A stretch of 64,000 bases of DNA, from assembly GCA_963731565.1 (NCBI GenBank), contig CAVSWG010000001.1:1687412-1751411 (forward strand). Reading direction: 5' to 3'. This document shows positions 1 to 9,336 of this stretch, piece by piece. The translations under genes and the position numbers were made by a program. The stretch is from an uncultured Solirubrobacterales bacterium. GTDB lineage: Bacteria; Actinomycetota; Thermoleophilia; Solirubrobacterales; Solirubrobacteraceae. Positions within the stretch are counted from its first letter, which is position 1. Each line of letters opens with the position of its first letter. Under the pieces are notes generated by a model. It saw nothing but the letters and a program-made list of their open reading frames with translations. It was not told where the DNA came from and did not search any database.

Positions 1-111
1 CATCCTTTGCCCGAGACCCGCCTGCGCGAAGCCTTGAAACGGATCGCCGCGCTCGACTTCCTGCGCTCAACCCCGCGCGCCATACGTGTAATAGAAGAGG
101 AGTTCATGTGA
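1..111 (+). CDS. hom: homoserine dehydrogenase, C-terminal fragment (gene starts upstream of the window)
   Basis: Open frame from base 1 reads ...LREALKRIAALDFLRSTPRAIRVIEEEFM*. The stop overlaps the thrC start. The position upstream of thrC-thrB matches the common hom-thrC-thrB operon. The fragment is too short for a firm call. Confidence 0.5.
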   Translation, partial: HPLPETRLREALKRIAALDFLRSTPRAIRVIEEEFM

Positions 112-1160
112 GCAACGCCATTTCCATGTCCAAGAGCCACGTTCCCTTGATCGAGCGCTACCGCGACCATCTCCCCTTCGAGGATGGCGATCCGATCGTG
201 AGCCTCCAAGAGGGATCGACGCCTCTGTTGCGTGCGCCTGTGCTCTCGGAGATGGTCGGGGCCTCGGTGCGCCTCAAGCTGGAGGGAGCAAATCCGACGG
301 GGTCGTTTAAGGATCGCGGCATGACTTGCGCGGTGTCCGCAGCCGTGCGCGACGGCGCTAAGGCCGTGATCTGCGCCTCCACAGGGAACACTGCAGGTAG
401 TGCCGCTGCCTATGCTGCGCGCGCGGGTATGACTTGCGCTGTGATTGTGCCCGACGGCAAGATCGCCGAAGGCAAGATGGCCCAGACATTGATCCATGGC
501 GCCCGCGTTATTGCTTTGGCCGGCAACTTCGATCAGGCCTTGAAGCTTGTGCGAGAGCTCGCCGAGTCCCATCCGATCGTGCTCGTCAACTCGGTCAACG
601 AATTCCGCATCGAAGGCCAAAAGACGGCTGCATTCGAGATCCACGAGGACTTGGACGGGGAGCTCGAGGCGCTCTGCATCCCTGTTGGCAATGCAGGCAA
701 TATCACCTCCTACTGGCGCGGCTTCCGCGAGATGGGGGCCACTCCGAAGATGTTTGGCTTCCAAGCTGAAGGCGCCGCGCCCTTGGTTACCGGGCAACCG
801 GTAGAGCACCCCGAAACGGTGGCCTCTGCGATCCGCATCGGTCATCCCGTGCGCGGCCAAGATGCGCTTGCCGCGGCCTCGGAGTCCGGGGGACAGATAC
901 GTTCCGTCAGCGACGCCGAGATTCTCACGGCCTATCGTCTGCTGGCCTCCAAGGAAGGCATGTTCTGCGAGCCTGCCTCGGCCGCATCGGTCGCCGGTCT
1001 GCTCAAGTACGGGGCCGATGGCGCCCAGCAGATCGTGTGCGTGCTCACCGGCCGTGGCATCAAGGACCCCCAGACCGCGATCGAGCACAACGGCGGCAAG
1101 GTGATCTCCTGTCAAGCCGATATCGGCGCGATCGAAGAGGCGGTCCTGGGTGATCCGTAG
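108..1160 (+). CDS. thrC: threonine synthase
   Basis: 350 aa. Has the PLP-lysine motif GSFKDRG, the length and pattern of the short ThrC family, and is followed by thrB. Confidence 0.93.
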   Translation: MSNAISMSKSHVPLIERYRDHLPFEDGDPIVSLQEGSTPLLRAPVLSEMVGASVRLKLEGANPTGSFKDRGMTCAVSAAVRDGAKAVICASTGNTAGSAAAYAARAGMTCAVIVPDGKIAEGKMAQTLIHGARVIALAGNFDQALKLVRELAESHPIVLVNSVNEFRIEGQKTAAFEIHEDLDGELEALCIPVGNAGNITSYWRGFREMGATPKMFGFQAEGAAPLVTGQPVEHPETVASAIRIGHPVRGQDALAAASESGGQIRSVSDAEILTAYRLLASKEGMFCEPASAASVAGLLKYGADGAQQIVCVLTGRGIKDPQTAIEHNGGKVISCQADIGAIEEAVLGDP

Positions 1161-2001
1161 GCGGGTCGTTCGCGCCCCCGCCTCCTCGGCGAACCTCGGC
1201 CCCGGCTTCGACTGCTTCGCGGCGGCGCTCGGCTTGCACCTCGAGCTCGAGGTGATCGAGACGGGCGAGTTTGCTGTAGAGAGCGCCTTGGATGTGCCTC
1301 GCGGCCGCGACAACCTATGTGTCAGGGCTTTCGAGAGCCTGCACCCAGCTGATGACTTCACCTTCCGGATCTCCTCTGAGATCCCGCTCACCGGCGGTCT
1401 CGGCTCGAGTGCCGCGGCGATCGTCGCCGGCTTGCTCGCCGCCGATCACCTATTCGAGCTCGATGTCGACCTGCTCGCGTGCGCGAGTGCTCTCGAGGGT
1501 CATCCCGACAATGTCGCCGCGGCTCTGCGCGGTGGCTTCGTCATATGCGCTGACAACGATGCCTTCCGTTTCGAGCCACCCACAGGCCTCGAGGCTTTGG
1601 CGGTGGTCCCCGAGCAGCCGGTGCGCACGAGCGAGGCGCGCCTAGCACTCCCCGCCGAGGTGCCGATCGATCAGGCTGTCTTCAACGTCGCCCATGGCGC
1701 CTTGCTCACCTTGGGGCTCGCTCGGGGCGACTGGGACCTCGTCGCCAGGGGGCTGCACGACAACCTGCACGAGCAGCGGCGCTCGCACCTTTTTCCCCGC
1801 TCCTATGACTTGGTCCTGCGGGCACGTGACCTGGGCGCGCTGGGGGCGACCATCTCCGGCGCAGGGCCCACCGTGCTCATCTGGTGCTTCTACGAGCAGA
1901 CGGGCGCCGTCGTCGAGGCCTTGAGCGCGGAGATCGAGGGATGGGCTACCTTGATGCGAGCCCCGTTTGAGGCCCAGGGTGCTTATGTGGGAGAGTTGTA
2001 G
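1150..2001 (+). CDS. thrB: homoserine kinase
   Basis: 283 aa. Has the GHMP kinase motif PLTGGLGSSAAAIVAG and an N-terminal APASSANLGPGFD. Overlaps the thrC stop. Confidence 0.9.
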   Translation: MIRRRVVRAPASSANLGPGFDCFAAALGLHLELEVIETGEFAVESALDVPRGRDNLCVRAFESLHPADDFTFRISSEIPLTGGLGSSAAAIVAGLLAADHLFELDVDLLACASALEGHPDNVAAALRGGFVICADNDAFRFEPPTGLEALAVVPEQPVRTSEARLALPAEVPIDQAVFNVAHGALLTLGLARGDWDLVARGLHDNLHEQRRSHLFPRSYDLVLRARDLGALGATISGAGPTVLIWCFYEQTGAVVEALSAEIEGWATLMRAPFEAQGAYVGEL

Positions 2002-2004
2002 CCG

Positions 2005-2922
2005 GTGAGCACGCACACTTCATATGCCAAGGACTCAATCGACGGTGCCGACGGAGGCTATTTCCCGCGTGGGCGCTCGATGCTGCGGGCAGTCCACGAA
2101 GAGAAGGCTGTCGGGCTCATGTACGGCCAGCGTGGGCTCTGCGTAGGCGCGATCAAGCCGCTCAACTATGTCGGCACGAGCCTTCACACCCGCAACAAGC
2201 GCATGCCTTTCCGCCGGATAACCCACACTGGCGGCATGTTCGAGGCCGTCTTCTTCGGCACGTTCGCCGAGGCCGATCGCGTCCTGGCCATGGTCGACGG
2301 CATGCATGAGCGTGTCGTCGGGACCTTGCCCGAGGACGCTGGGGCCCACTATCCCGCCGGCACGCCCTACTCGGCATTCGACCCTGACTTGATGCTGTGG
2401 ACGGTCGCGGTCATAGCCGACTCGGCGGAATGGTTCTATGACCGGCTCGTTAGGCGACTCACAGAAGACGAGCGCGAAGCCCTGTGGCAGGACTACTTGC
2501 GCTTCGCCGAGCTATTCAAGATGCCTCTTTCGGGGGCTCCCCAGACTCATCGCGAATACCGTCTCTGGTACGAGGGCCAGCTGGCAGGCCAAGACCTCTA
2601 CCTGACCGAGGAGGCCCGCCTTATAGGCTACGCCTCGGCTTTTGAGATCCCGATGCCGGCCAATCGCCAGCTCGGCAAGCGCCTGCACGATCTCGTCATG
2701 CTCGGCTCTTTGCCTGCACGGGTACGCGAGCTCTACGGCTTGTCTTATACGAGTGTTCAGCGTGCTGCCTGCACCGCTGCGCTTGCCTCCGGACGCTTGG
2801 CACGTGCATTCGCCCCTTCATCGCTCAAGCGCGGCTCCTGCATCCCCGAGTTCGAAATGGTCGCCTCGACCGAGCGCCGCCGGATCGAACGGGGCGAGCC
2901 CACGCCCCAGCTGGCCGGTTGA
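2005..2922 (+). CDS. MpaB/DUF2236-family oxygenase-like protein
   Basis: 305 aa. The overall pattern (RRITHTGGMFEAVFFG, DPDLMLWTVAV) resembles DUF2236/MpaB proteins as I remember them. No catalytic assignment is possible. Confidence 0.55.
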   Translation: MSTHTSYAKDSIDGADGGYFPRGRSMLRAVHEEKAVGLMYGQRGLCVGAIKPLNYVGTSLHTRNKRMPFRRITHTGGMFEAVFFGTFAEADRVLAMVDGMHERVVGTLPEDAGAHYPAGTPYSAFDPDLMLWTVAVIADSAEWFYDRLVRRLTEDEREALWQDYLRFAELFKMPLSGAPQTHREYRLWYEGQLAGQDLYLTEEARLIGYASAFEIPMPANRQLGKRLHDLVMLGSLPARVRELYGLSYTSVQRAACTAALASGRLARAFAPSSLKRGSCIPEFEMVASTERRRIERGEPTPQLAG

Positions 2923-2970
2923 CCCGCTGCGCATTGGCGGGCGGCGCCGGGGGTTTTGTTGTGCAAAAAG

Positions 2971-3000
2971 AGGTGCCTATGCGCGCGCGCGTAAAGGCGA
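2971..3000. repeat. (CG)n-core palindromic element, imperfect copy, in a convergent intergenic region
   Basis: aggtgcctatgcgcgcgcgcgtaaaggcga. Shares tgcaaaaa-N-ggtgcc..a.gcgcgcgcgcg with the copy at 27981-28020. Lies between the converging stops at 2922 and 3045. Confidence 0.6.
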
Positions 3001-3044
3001 CGCCACCAGGGCAGTCCTTCTCAATGCAACCATGGCGGTCCTCC

Positions 3045-3821
3045 TCAGCCGAGCTCGGCCAAGCGGGCGCGGGCATCCTGCATGCCCGGAAGGCGCTCCA
3101 GCAGTTCGCCGGCAAGAGTCACATAGTCGGAGCCCAGGTCGGGACGGTGGTCGACGATGGAGACTGCCCGCTCCGCTGACTCGGCATACGCGATCGAGGA
3201 GCGCACAGTCGTTTCGAACACCTTCTCCCCGAATCGCTCCTGTAGCGATGCCTTCGCCTCGCGGGAATGCACCGTTCTCATATCGGCCAGGTTAAGCAGC
3301 ACCCCCACCAGCTCCAGCTCGTCGTTGAGGCTGTCCCTGGCGACTTCGATCACCTCCAAAGCCTGCTCCACCCCTTGCAGCGCGAAGTACTGGGCCTCAG
3401 CGGTCACGAGCGCGTAGTCGGCGGCGACCAGTGCGTTCACGGTCAACAGTCCCAGCGAGGGCGGACAGTCCACCAGTACGACCTCATAATCTCCCTGCAC
3501 ATCGGCCAAGGCCCGGCGCAAGGTCATCTCCCGGCCGATCTTCCCACCCAGCATTAGCTCCGTCTCTGCCAGGTTCAAGCTTGCCGGGATCACGCCCTTG
3601 TAGACCGCCTCGCGAGCCTCGGCTTTGCCCGCGAGCACGTCGGCGATCGTCGGCTCGTTGTCGGGTGGCACGTCGAAGTAGTCCGACAGATTGCCTTGCG
3701 GGTCGAGGTCAACTGCGAGCGTCTTCACCTCGACTCGCCGAAGCACGTCGGTGAGCGTGCGCACTGTCGTCGTCTTGCCGGTGCCCCCCTTTTGCGAGAG
3801 CACAGCGATCGTCTGAGCCAT
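3045..3821 (-). CDS. ParA/Soj-family ATPase (orphan, no parB seen)
   Basis: 258 aa. Has the deviant Walker A SQKGGTGKTTT and a ParA-like layout. Lies 42 nt downstream of the FHA gene on the same strand. Confidence 0.88.
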   Translation of the reverse strand: MAQTIAVLSQKGGTGKTTTVRTLTDVLRRVEVKTLAVDLDPQGNLSDYFDVPPDNEPTIADVLAGKAEAREAVYKGVIPASLNLAETELMLGGKIGREMTLRRALADVQGDYEVVLVDCPPSLGLLTVNALVAADYALVTAEAQYFALQGVEQALEVIEVARDSLNDELELVGVLLNLADMRTVHSREAKASLQERFGEKVFETTVRSSIAYAESAERAVSIVDHRPDLGSDYVTLAGELLERLPGMQDARARLAELG

Positions 3822-3863
3822 TGCGGCCGATAGTACGGGGAATGGGCTTCCTCGGCGTATTGC

Positions 3864-4442
3864 TTAGCCGAGCGTACGGACTCGTTCAGAGTCCTCCTGC
3901 TCGATTGCCTGCGCGGGCACGCTCACGAACGTCAGGCAGTAGCGCCCCACAAGAATCTCGTCCCCGTCGTGGAGCGCCCGCCACTCCACGCGCTCGCCGT
4001 TCACGAATACGCCGTTGAGGCTGCGGTCGTCGAGCACCCTCACGCCGTCGGCTTGACGCACGACAAGTGCGTGTCGTCGCGATACGGTTGGGTCATCGAA
4101 GCGCACGTCGGCCGCAAGGCTGCGCCCGATCCGCGTCCACTCGCGCGTGAGCGCTACCGTCTTCGTCTCCTCGCCGTCCTCGTAGAGCACATACTCGCCC
4201 GGCTCTCTCAGCTCTTCACGGGTTCGCGTCACCCACTCGTGGGTCTCTTGCGAGTGGGCTCGCGGTGAGACTCTGCCCATGGCGGGGGCCGCATTGAACA
4301 GCGATGCCCTCACGAAGTCGTGGCTGCCGCAATCAGGGCAATCGCGCAGCGCATCGAGCGAAGTCAGGGTCAGGATATATCCGCATCTCTGGCACCTGAA
4401 CGATCCGCTGCCTGCCATCGTGCCCGAAGTATGTGACTCCAT
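3864..4442 (-). CDS. zinc-ribbon plus FHA domain protein
   Basis: N-terminal CxxC...CxxC (FRCQRCGY...CPDCGS). C-terminal FHA signature (RIGRS..DVRFDDPTVSRRHALV...DDRSLNGVFVNGERV). Start moved to the ATG at 4442, which has a gaaggggaaaag SD-like stretch upstream. The track ORF extends to 4562. Confidence 0.8.
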   Translation of the reverse strand: MESHTSGTMAGSGSFRCQRCGYILTLTSLDALRDCPDCGSHDFVRASLFNAAPAMGRVSPRAHSQETHEWVTRTREELREPGEYVLYEDGEETKTVALTREWTRIGRSLAADVRFDDPTVSRRHALVVRQADGVRVLDDRSLNGVFVNGERVEWRALHDGDEILVGRYCLTFVSVPAQAIEQEDSERVRTLG

Positions 4443-4703
4443 GCCGCTTTTCCCCTTCCTCGCGTTCCCGGACGGTCGGGAACTTTCTGCAGGGTGGAAT
4501 CTGGTGGCAATCATAGCCAGGGTGTCAAGCGAGCTTCGGCCGGGGCTTGGGCGCACTCTCAATGGACGCTCTCAATCGCATAGTTCGAGCCTACCCCACC
4601 AAATCGGCATCCAAACGATTCGCACCGAAAGATCACTGAAGATCGCATCAGAACCGCACCGCTCCCGGGAGGAGCCGATCCGCGTGCGGCGAACCTACCC
4701 ACC

Positions 4704-4967
4704 ATGGCTTCTCCTCACAACGACGTAGAGCAGCTCGAGCGCTACCTCCTGCAGCGTGGCGTCGGATCGCTCACGGCCGACCGCCATCGCTGCGTTGACT
4801 GCGAGCGCACCCCGCTCGTCGGGGAGCGCGTCCACGTCTATGAGCGTCCCTCCGGAATCGTCTGTGAGCTGTGCCGTCAGTTGCGTCGCAGCGCTCCTCT
4901 GCTCACCGAGATAGTGCGCCATAGCGAGCTGGGTCATACGGTGCGGCTCACCGCGCGCGCCGCTTGA
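4704..4967 (+). CDS. small hypothetical protein with a CxxC...CxxC zinc-ribbon motif
   Basis: 87 aa with CVDCER...VCELCR. Third-codon-position G/C is high in this frame, unlike the overlapping minus-strand ORF 4695-5018. Confidence 0.5.
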   Translation: MASPHNDVEQLERYLLQRGVGSLTADRHRCVDCERTPLVGERVHVYERPSGIVCELCRQLRRSAPLLTEIVRHSELGHTVRLTARAA

Positions 4968-4989
4968 GCAGTCAATAAACTGCCGCGCC

Positions 4990-5484
4990 GTGCACCCAGT
5001 CACGGTCTCGATCGTCATCAGCGCTCCGCGCGAGCAGGTCTTCGACTACCTGCAGGACATCGCCAACCACCCCGAGTTCACCGACCACTACCTCGTGGAC
5101 TGGCACCTGACCAGAGAGAACTCGATCGGGCGTGGCGCCGGGGCCCGCTTTCGTGTGAAGGCCCCCGGCAACCGCTTTAGCTGGGGGGACTCCACATTCA
5201 CCGAGGTCGCCCGGCCCCACCGGATCGTCGAGGTGGGTCGCACCGGCAAGACCAACCGCATCCGCACGCTCGGGGTCTACGAGCTCGCCCCTGCGCCGGG
5301 TGGGGCTACGCGCGTCCAGTTCACGCTCGAGACCGAAACGTCGGTCTTGTCCGACCGGATCCTCGAGGCGTTTGGTGGTCGCTCATGGCTGAAGCGCAAG
5401 AACGAGAAGGCCATGCGCCGGCTGCGCTCGATCCTGGAGGCAGGCGAAGGTCGCGGAGAGCGCGTCACCCTCGCCGGCGGATAA
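4990..5484 (+). CDS. SRPBCC (polyketide cyclase/dehydrase-like) family protein
   Basis: 164 aa. The N-terminus VTVSIVISAPREQVFDYLQDIANHPEF is typical of SRPBCC/START-like proteins. Confidence 0.7.
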   Translation: MHPVTVSIVISAPREQVFDYLQDIANHPEFTDHYLVDWHLTRENSIGRGAGARFRVKAPGNRFSWGDSTFTEVARPHRIVEVGRTGKTNRIRTLGVYELAPAPGGATRVQFTLETETSVLSDRILEAFGGRSWLKRKNEKAMRRLRSILEAGEGRGERVTLAGG

Positions 5485-5497
5485 ACTGCCCGCTCGC

Positions 5498-6124
5498 ATG
5501 GCCAGACCCTTCGTCACACACCGTCCGTACAGCGGCCTTCGCCCGCTCGGCAAGCTTGCTCTGGCGGCGCTCTTGCTGACGGCCGTCCTGGCCTTGAGTG
5601 CCTGCTCGGACGACTCGCACACGCGTGTCACGACCGGCACTTACGCTGGTGAGTCCGGCCAGAACGCGCCCTATCTGAACGTGGGCCCCCTGGTCTACGA
5701 GGTCCAGCTCTCGCGCGAGCTCAATCCTTACGACACCGAGGATGCCGCCTATCTGACGGGCCTCACACCCGCGCAGCGCCTTCTACGGCCGGGGGAGGAG
5801 TGGTTTGGTGTCTTCGTGCAGGTCTACAACAACAGCTCCACGCCCCATCTCGCGGCCACCAACTTCACGATCACCGACACCCAGCAGAATGTCTACCGCC
5901 CGGTCGTCCCGGGGCTCACCAACGAATTCGCCTACCGCGGTGGCCTCTTGGCCGCCAAATCTCGTATCCCGGCACTCAACACGGTGGCTGCCAACGGTCC
6001 TACGCAGGGAGCGCTCCTGCTCTACAAGATCAAGATCGTCTCGCTCGACAACAGGCCGCTCGAGCTGAAGATCGTCGACCCTCTCGATCCTTCGCAAACG
6101 GCCTCGGCCGAGCTGGACGTCTAA
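5498..6124 (+). CDS. putative lipoprotein
   Basis: 208 aa. Has a signal peptide with lipobox LALSAC. No recognisable domain. Confidence 0.6.
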   Translation: MARPFVTHRPYSGLRPLGKLALAALLLTAVLALSACSDDSHTRVTTGTYAGESGQNAPYLNVGPLVYEVQLSRELNPYDTEDAAYLTGLTPAQRLLRPGEEWFGVFVQVYNNSSTPHLAATNFTITDTQQNVYRPVVPGLTNEFAYRGGLLAAKSRIPALNTVAANGPTQGALLLYKIKIVSLDNRPLELKIVDPLDPSQTASAELDV

Positions 6125-6195
6125 GGAGCCGTCCACACCCCGGCCCGTGGCTGTGCGGGCATGGCTGGTTGGGGTGTCTCGATTTGGGGGTGACT

Positions 6196-6215
6196 CGCGC
6201 GCGTGCACGCGCGCG
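6196..6215. repeat. perfect 20-bp (CG)n-core palindrome in a convergent intergenic region
   Basis: cgcgcgcgtgcacgcgcgcg is its own reverse complement. Lies between the stops at 6124 (+) and 6271 (-). Confidence 0.6.
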
Positions 6216-6270
6216 CGGAGGAGCAGCAACGTGCTGGAGCGCAACGTGCTTAACCCAGTCCCGCCCGTGC

Positions 6271-8058
6271 TTAGCCGAGTCCCGCCTCGAGCACCTGCCT
6301 GGCGACGGGTGCGGCCGTTTCGCCGCCAGCTCCGTCTTTCACGAGTAGCACTCCAACCGCGATCCGCGGCTTCAAGGCTGGCGCAAATGCCGCAAACCAG
6401 GCGTCCGTGTTCTGCGGGTCTTTACTGCCTGAGCAATTTTCTTCGCCTTGCTTGTCTTCGGCTTCGTCTTCGCCGGAACCTTCTTTGTCTTCGGAGTCAT
6501 GTTCGTGCGCGTTAGCGCAGTTCGGGGTCCCCAGTTCGGCAGTGCCCGTCTTACCGGCTACCACGACTCCCGGAATGGCCGCAGAGGTGCCCGTCCCTTC
6601 GCGCACGACTCCGATCATCAAGCGTCTGACTGTCCTTGCGGTCGCTGCCTTCATCACGCGCGGCCGTGACGTATGGTGAGCTTCGAATGTAGGTGTCGGG
6701 CGCCGTCCGCCGTCTGCGATCGTGGCTGCCACAGTGACCATTTGAAGCGCCGACGCCTGTACTTGGCCCTGCCCGATCGCAGTCGAGCCGACATCAAGTT
6801 CGCCTTGGATCTGGGAGGCGGGGGGAAGCGTGCTCTCGACAGCTCCCTCTACACCCGATGCGTGGTTGAAGCCGAAGCCTTCAGCCGTCTGTACCAGGCG
6901 GGGCGCTCCCACCTTGACCCCAAGCGGAGCGAACACCGAGTTACACGACACCGCGAACGCGAGTGCCAAGCTGCCTCCGCACGACTCTCCATTCGCGTTT
7001 TCCAGCTTCACACCGTCCAGCGTGGCTGAGGTCGCATAGGGGAATACGCTTTTCTCGCTGGCCGCTTTGGCTTCCAACGCCGCGGTCAGCGTCACCATCT
7101 TGAAGGTCGATCCCGGGGGTTGCAGATCGTCGATGCCGATGCCTGCCACCGCCAGGATCTCGCCGTTTGCCGGGTTCAAGGCGACGATTCCGCCGAGCTG
7201 TCCGCCAAGCACTTCTACAGCCACCTTCTGCAGGCCAGGGGAGATGGTTGTGTGCACGGGCGGGCTTGCCTTCGGTAGAGCGCTGGCCAGCACGCGCTCA
7301 CCAGCCAAGAGCTGACCGCCGGGCTTGCCGCGCAGCTGCTCGTCAAGCGCCAGCTCCAGTCCGCTCGTGCCAACGATCGCTTGAGTCGGCACCCCCTGGG
7401 CCTGCAGTTCGCTAAGACGCGAGCTCGGGACGGGGCCGACTTCTCCGACCACCGAGGCGGCCGCTCTGCCGAGCGGCGAGTTGCGCACCCCGGCCTCGCT
7501 TGCCTGGCCATCGGCCAACACCGACCCGTCGCGGGCGAGCAAGGCCGCGCGGGGCGGCAAGGTCATGTTTCTGCTCAGCGACTCTCCTGTCCGCAAGCCC
7601 GGGAATACAAGGGCGTGCGACCACATCACCCTGGGGCCGGCAGGGGTGATGGCCACCCTCACGCGCAGTCCCTCGGTCAGGGTGCCCCAAAGGCGAGTGC
7701 CCACATGCATAGGCACCACGAAGGCTCCTTGTTGGCGGCGTGCGGGCCCTGTCACTCGCAGGCTGCTCTCGGTCGCGGTGCGCGCAGCCTCTCTATACGC
7801 AGCGGCAAACTCGCTTGCCGAGATCCTCAGTTGCACGGCTGGGGTTACATCGTCGTACATGGTGGCGTAGTCACCGTCCACCCAGGCTTTGGCGAATTGT
7901 TCGGCCACCCCTTGCTGTGCGGAGCTGTGATGGCCAGACCCCACGATCGCCCCCACGAGGAACGCGATCGCAGCGAGCGCCATCACAGGTACGGCGCGCC
8001 GTGTGCGCCGAGAATGCGCATCTGAGCCGCTTCGACCGTGCGCATTGGAGGTGTTCAC
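6271..8058 (-). CDS. class B penicillin-binding protein (transpeptidase)
   Basis: Motifs STFK, SCN and KTGTA. Has an N-terminal TM helix and an NTF2-like region. The track ORF runs to 8202, but that part is antisense to the marP-like coding region. I chose the in-frame GTG at 8058. The start is uncertain. Confidence 0.85.
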   Translation of the reverse strand: MNTSNAHGRSGSDAHSRRTRRAVPVMALAAIAFLVGAIVGSGHHSSAQQGVAEQFAKAWVDGDYATMYDDVTPAVQLRISASEFAAAYREAARTATESSLRVTGPARRQQGAFVVPMHVGTRLWGTLTEGLRVRVAITPAGPRVMWSHALVFPGLRTGESLSRNMTLPPRAALLARDGSVLADGQASEAGVRNSPLGRAAASVVGEVGPVPSSRLSELQAQGVPTQAIVGTSGLELALDEQLRGKPGGQLLAGERVLASALPKASPPVHTTISPGLQKVAVEVLGGQLGGIVALNPANGEILAVAGIGIDDLQPPGSTFKMVTLTAALEAKAASEKSVFPYATSATLDGVKLENANGESCGGSLALAFAVSCNSVFAPLGVKVGAPRLVQTAEGFGFNHASGVEGAVESTLPPASQIQGELDVGSTAIGQGQVQASALQMVTVAATIADGGRRPTPTFEAHHTSRPRVMKAATARTVRRLMIGVVREGTGTSAAIPGVVVAGKTGTAELGTPNCANAHEHDSEDKEGSGEDEAEDKQGEENCSGSKDPQNTDAWFAAFAPALKPRIAVGVLLVKDGAGGETAAPVARQVLEAGLG

Positions 8059-8083
8059 AGCTCGGGACGGTAGAACATGAGCA

Positions 8084-9235
8084 GTGACACGGCTCGATTG
8101 GATCATCGTCGCATTCGCTGCCCTGCTCGCGCTGTTCGGTTTCCGGCGAGGCTTCATTGTCGCTGTGCTCTCTTTCTGCGGCTTCGCCATTGGTTCATTC
8201 ATCGGAACTCGCTTGGGTCCTCTACTCGTACCGAAGGGATCCGCTTCGGTCTATGCACCAGCATTTGGCCTGATCGGCGCTTTGATCGCCGGGGCCATCC
8301 TGGCCACCGGCTTTGAGGGGGTGGGCTTGAAGCTCCGTCGCGTACTCGCCTTTCCGGGGCTGGGCCTGCTCGACGGCGTCTTGGGTGCCTTGCTCAGCGC
8401 GGCCTTGGGCTTGGCGATTGCGTGGATCCTTGCCGCCGTGGTCTTGGAGACCGCTTCAACGCCTCAACTACGAGCCGATATCCAGCGTTCGGCGATCTTG
8501 AGCGAGCTCAACCAGTTGTTGCCGCCCACTGGGCCGATCTTGAACGTGCTAGCGAGCCTGGATCCCCTACCTTCGATATCCGGTCCGCTTCCCGGTGTGT
8601 CCGCGCCCCCGCGGGCGATTGATCGCAACCCTGGAGTGAGGGCGGCCTCCCGCAGCGTCGTGCGCGTGCTCGGCACAGCCTGCGGCTTGGCGATAGAGGG
8701 CTCCGGATGGGTCGCTCGGCCCGGAATCGTGATCACCAACGCGCATGTGGTCGCCGGCGAGCACGACACCACCGTGGAGGTTGGCGGGCACGAACCGGAG
8801 ATGAGCGCCTATGCGGTCGCGTTCGATCCCACCGATGACATCGCCGTCTTGCGGGTGCCCGGCCTGAGCTTGCCTTCGCTGGCATTCGACCCCACACCCG
8901 CTTCCGGGCGAGGCGGCGCGATCTTGGGATATCCGGAGAACGGTCCGTTCGACGCCCAGCCCGGGCGCATCGGCACAATGCAGAAGATCATCACCGACGA
9001 TGCCTATGGTCGCGGGCCCGTGGCGCGTCTGCTCACGCCCTTGCGAGGCTTGGTTCGTCCTGGCAACTCCGGCGGCCCGCTCGTCGATCGCGACGGGCGC
9101 GTGCTCACTACGGTCTTTGCCTCCACCACGGGTGGTGGACCCCGCGGGGGCTACGGGGTCGCCAACGCCACGGTCGCTCAGGTTCTCGGTGGTGCGGGGC
9201 GCATGGTTGGGACAGGCGAATGCTCGTCGGGATGA
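8084..9235 (+). CDS. MarP-type CvpA-domain membrane serine protease
   Basis: 383 aa. Has N-terminal CvpA-like TM helices and a C-terminal trypsin-like domain (TNAHVV, GNSGGPLV). Confidence 0.85.
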   Translation: MTRLDWIIVAFAALLALFGFRRGFIVAVLSFCGFAIGSFIGTRLGPLLVPKGSASVYAPAFGLIGALIAGAILATGFEGVGLKLRRVLAFPGLGLLDGVLGALLSAALGLAIAWILAAVVLETASTPQLRADIQRSAILSELNQLLPPTGPILNVLASLDPLPSISGPLPGVSAPPRAIDRNPGVRAASRSVVRVLGTACGLAIEGSGWVARPGIVITNAHVVAGEHDTTVEVGGHEPEMSAYAVAFDPTDDIAVLRVPGLSLPSLAFDPTPASGRGGAILGYPENGPFDAQPGRIGTMQKIITDDAYGRGPVARLLTPLRGLVRPGNSGGPLVDRDGRVLTTVFASTTGGGPRGGYGVANATVAQVLGGAGRMVGTGECSSG

Positions 9236-9336
9236 CGCTCATCGGAATGAGTGGCTCTAACTCAAAGAGGCTTCCGACCCAGGCCAGAGCGCTTCCGAGC
9301 AGGCCACAGGGCTACCTGGCCACGAGGAGCTCCCGG

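Noticed and set aside
4578-4600. tRNA T-loop-like string GTTCGAGCC in the FHA upstream spacer.
   Set aside because: The flanking bases do not form a T-stem, and no acceptor or anticodon arms can be drawn. I found no tRNA in the window.
4695-5018. Minus-strand 107-aa ORF overlapping the 87-aa plus-strand ORF.
   Set aside because: Third-codon-position G/C and the paired CxxC motifs favour the plus-strand frame. The minus-strand ORF also runs into the SRPBCC gene start.
8059-8202. PBP start at 8202, which would give a 119-nt divergent overlap with the marP-like gene.
   Set aside because: The marP-like frame from 8084 has strong third-position GC and the canonical CvpA N-terminus. The PBP extension is its antisense shadow. 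I preferred an in-frame GTG at 8058, just before the basic/TM segment. This start is not certain.
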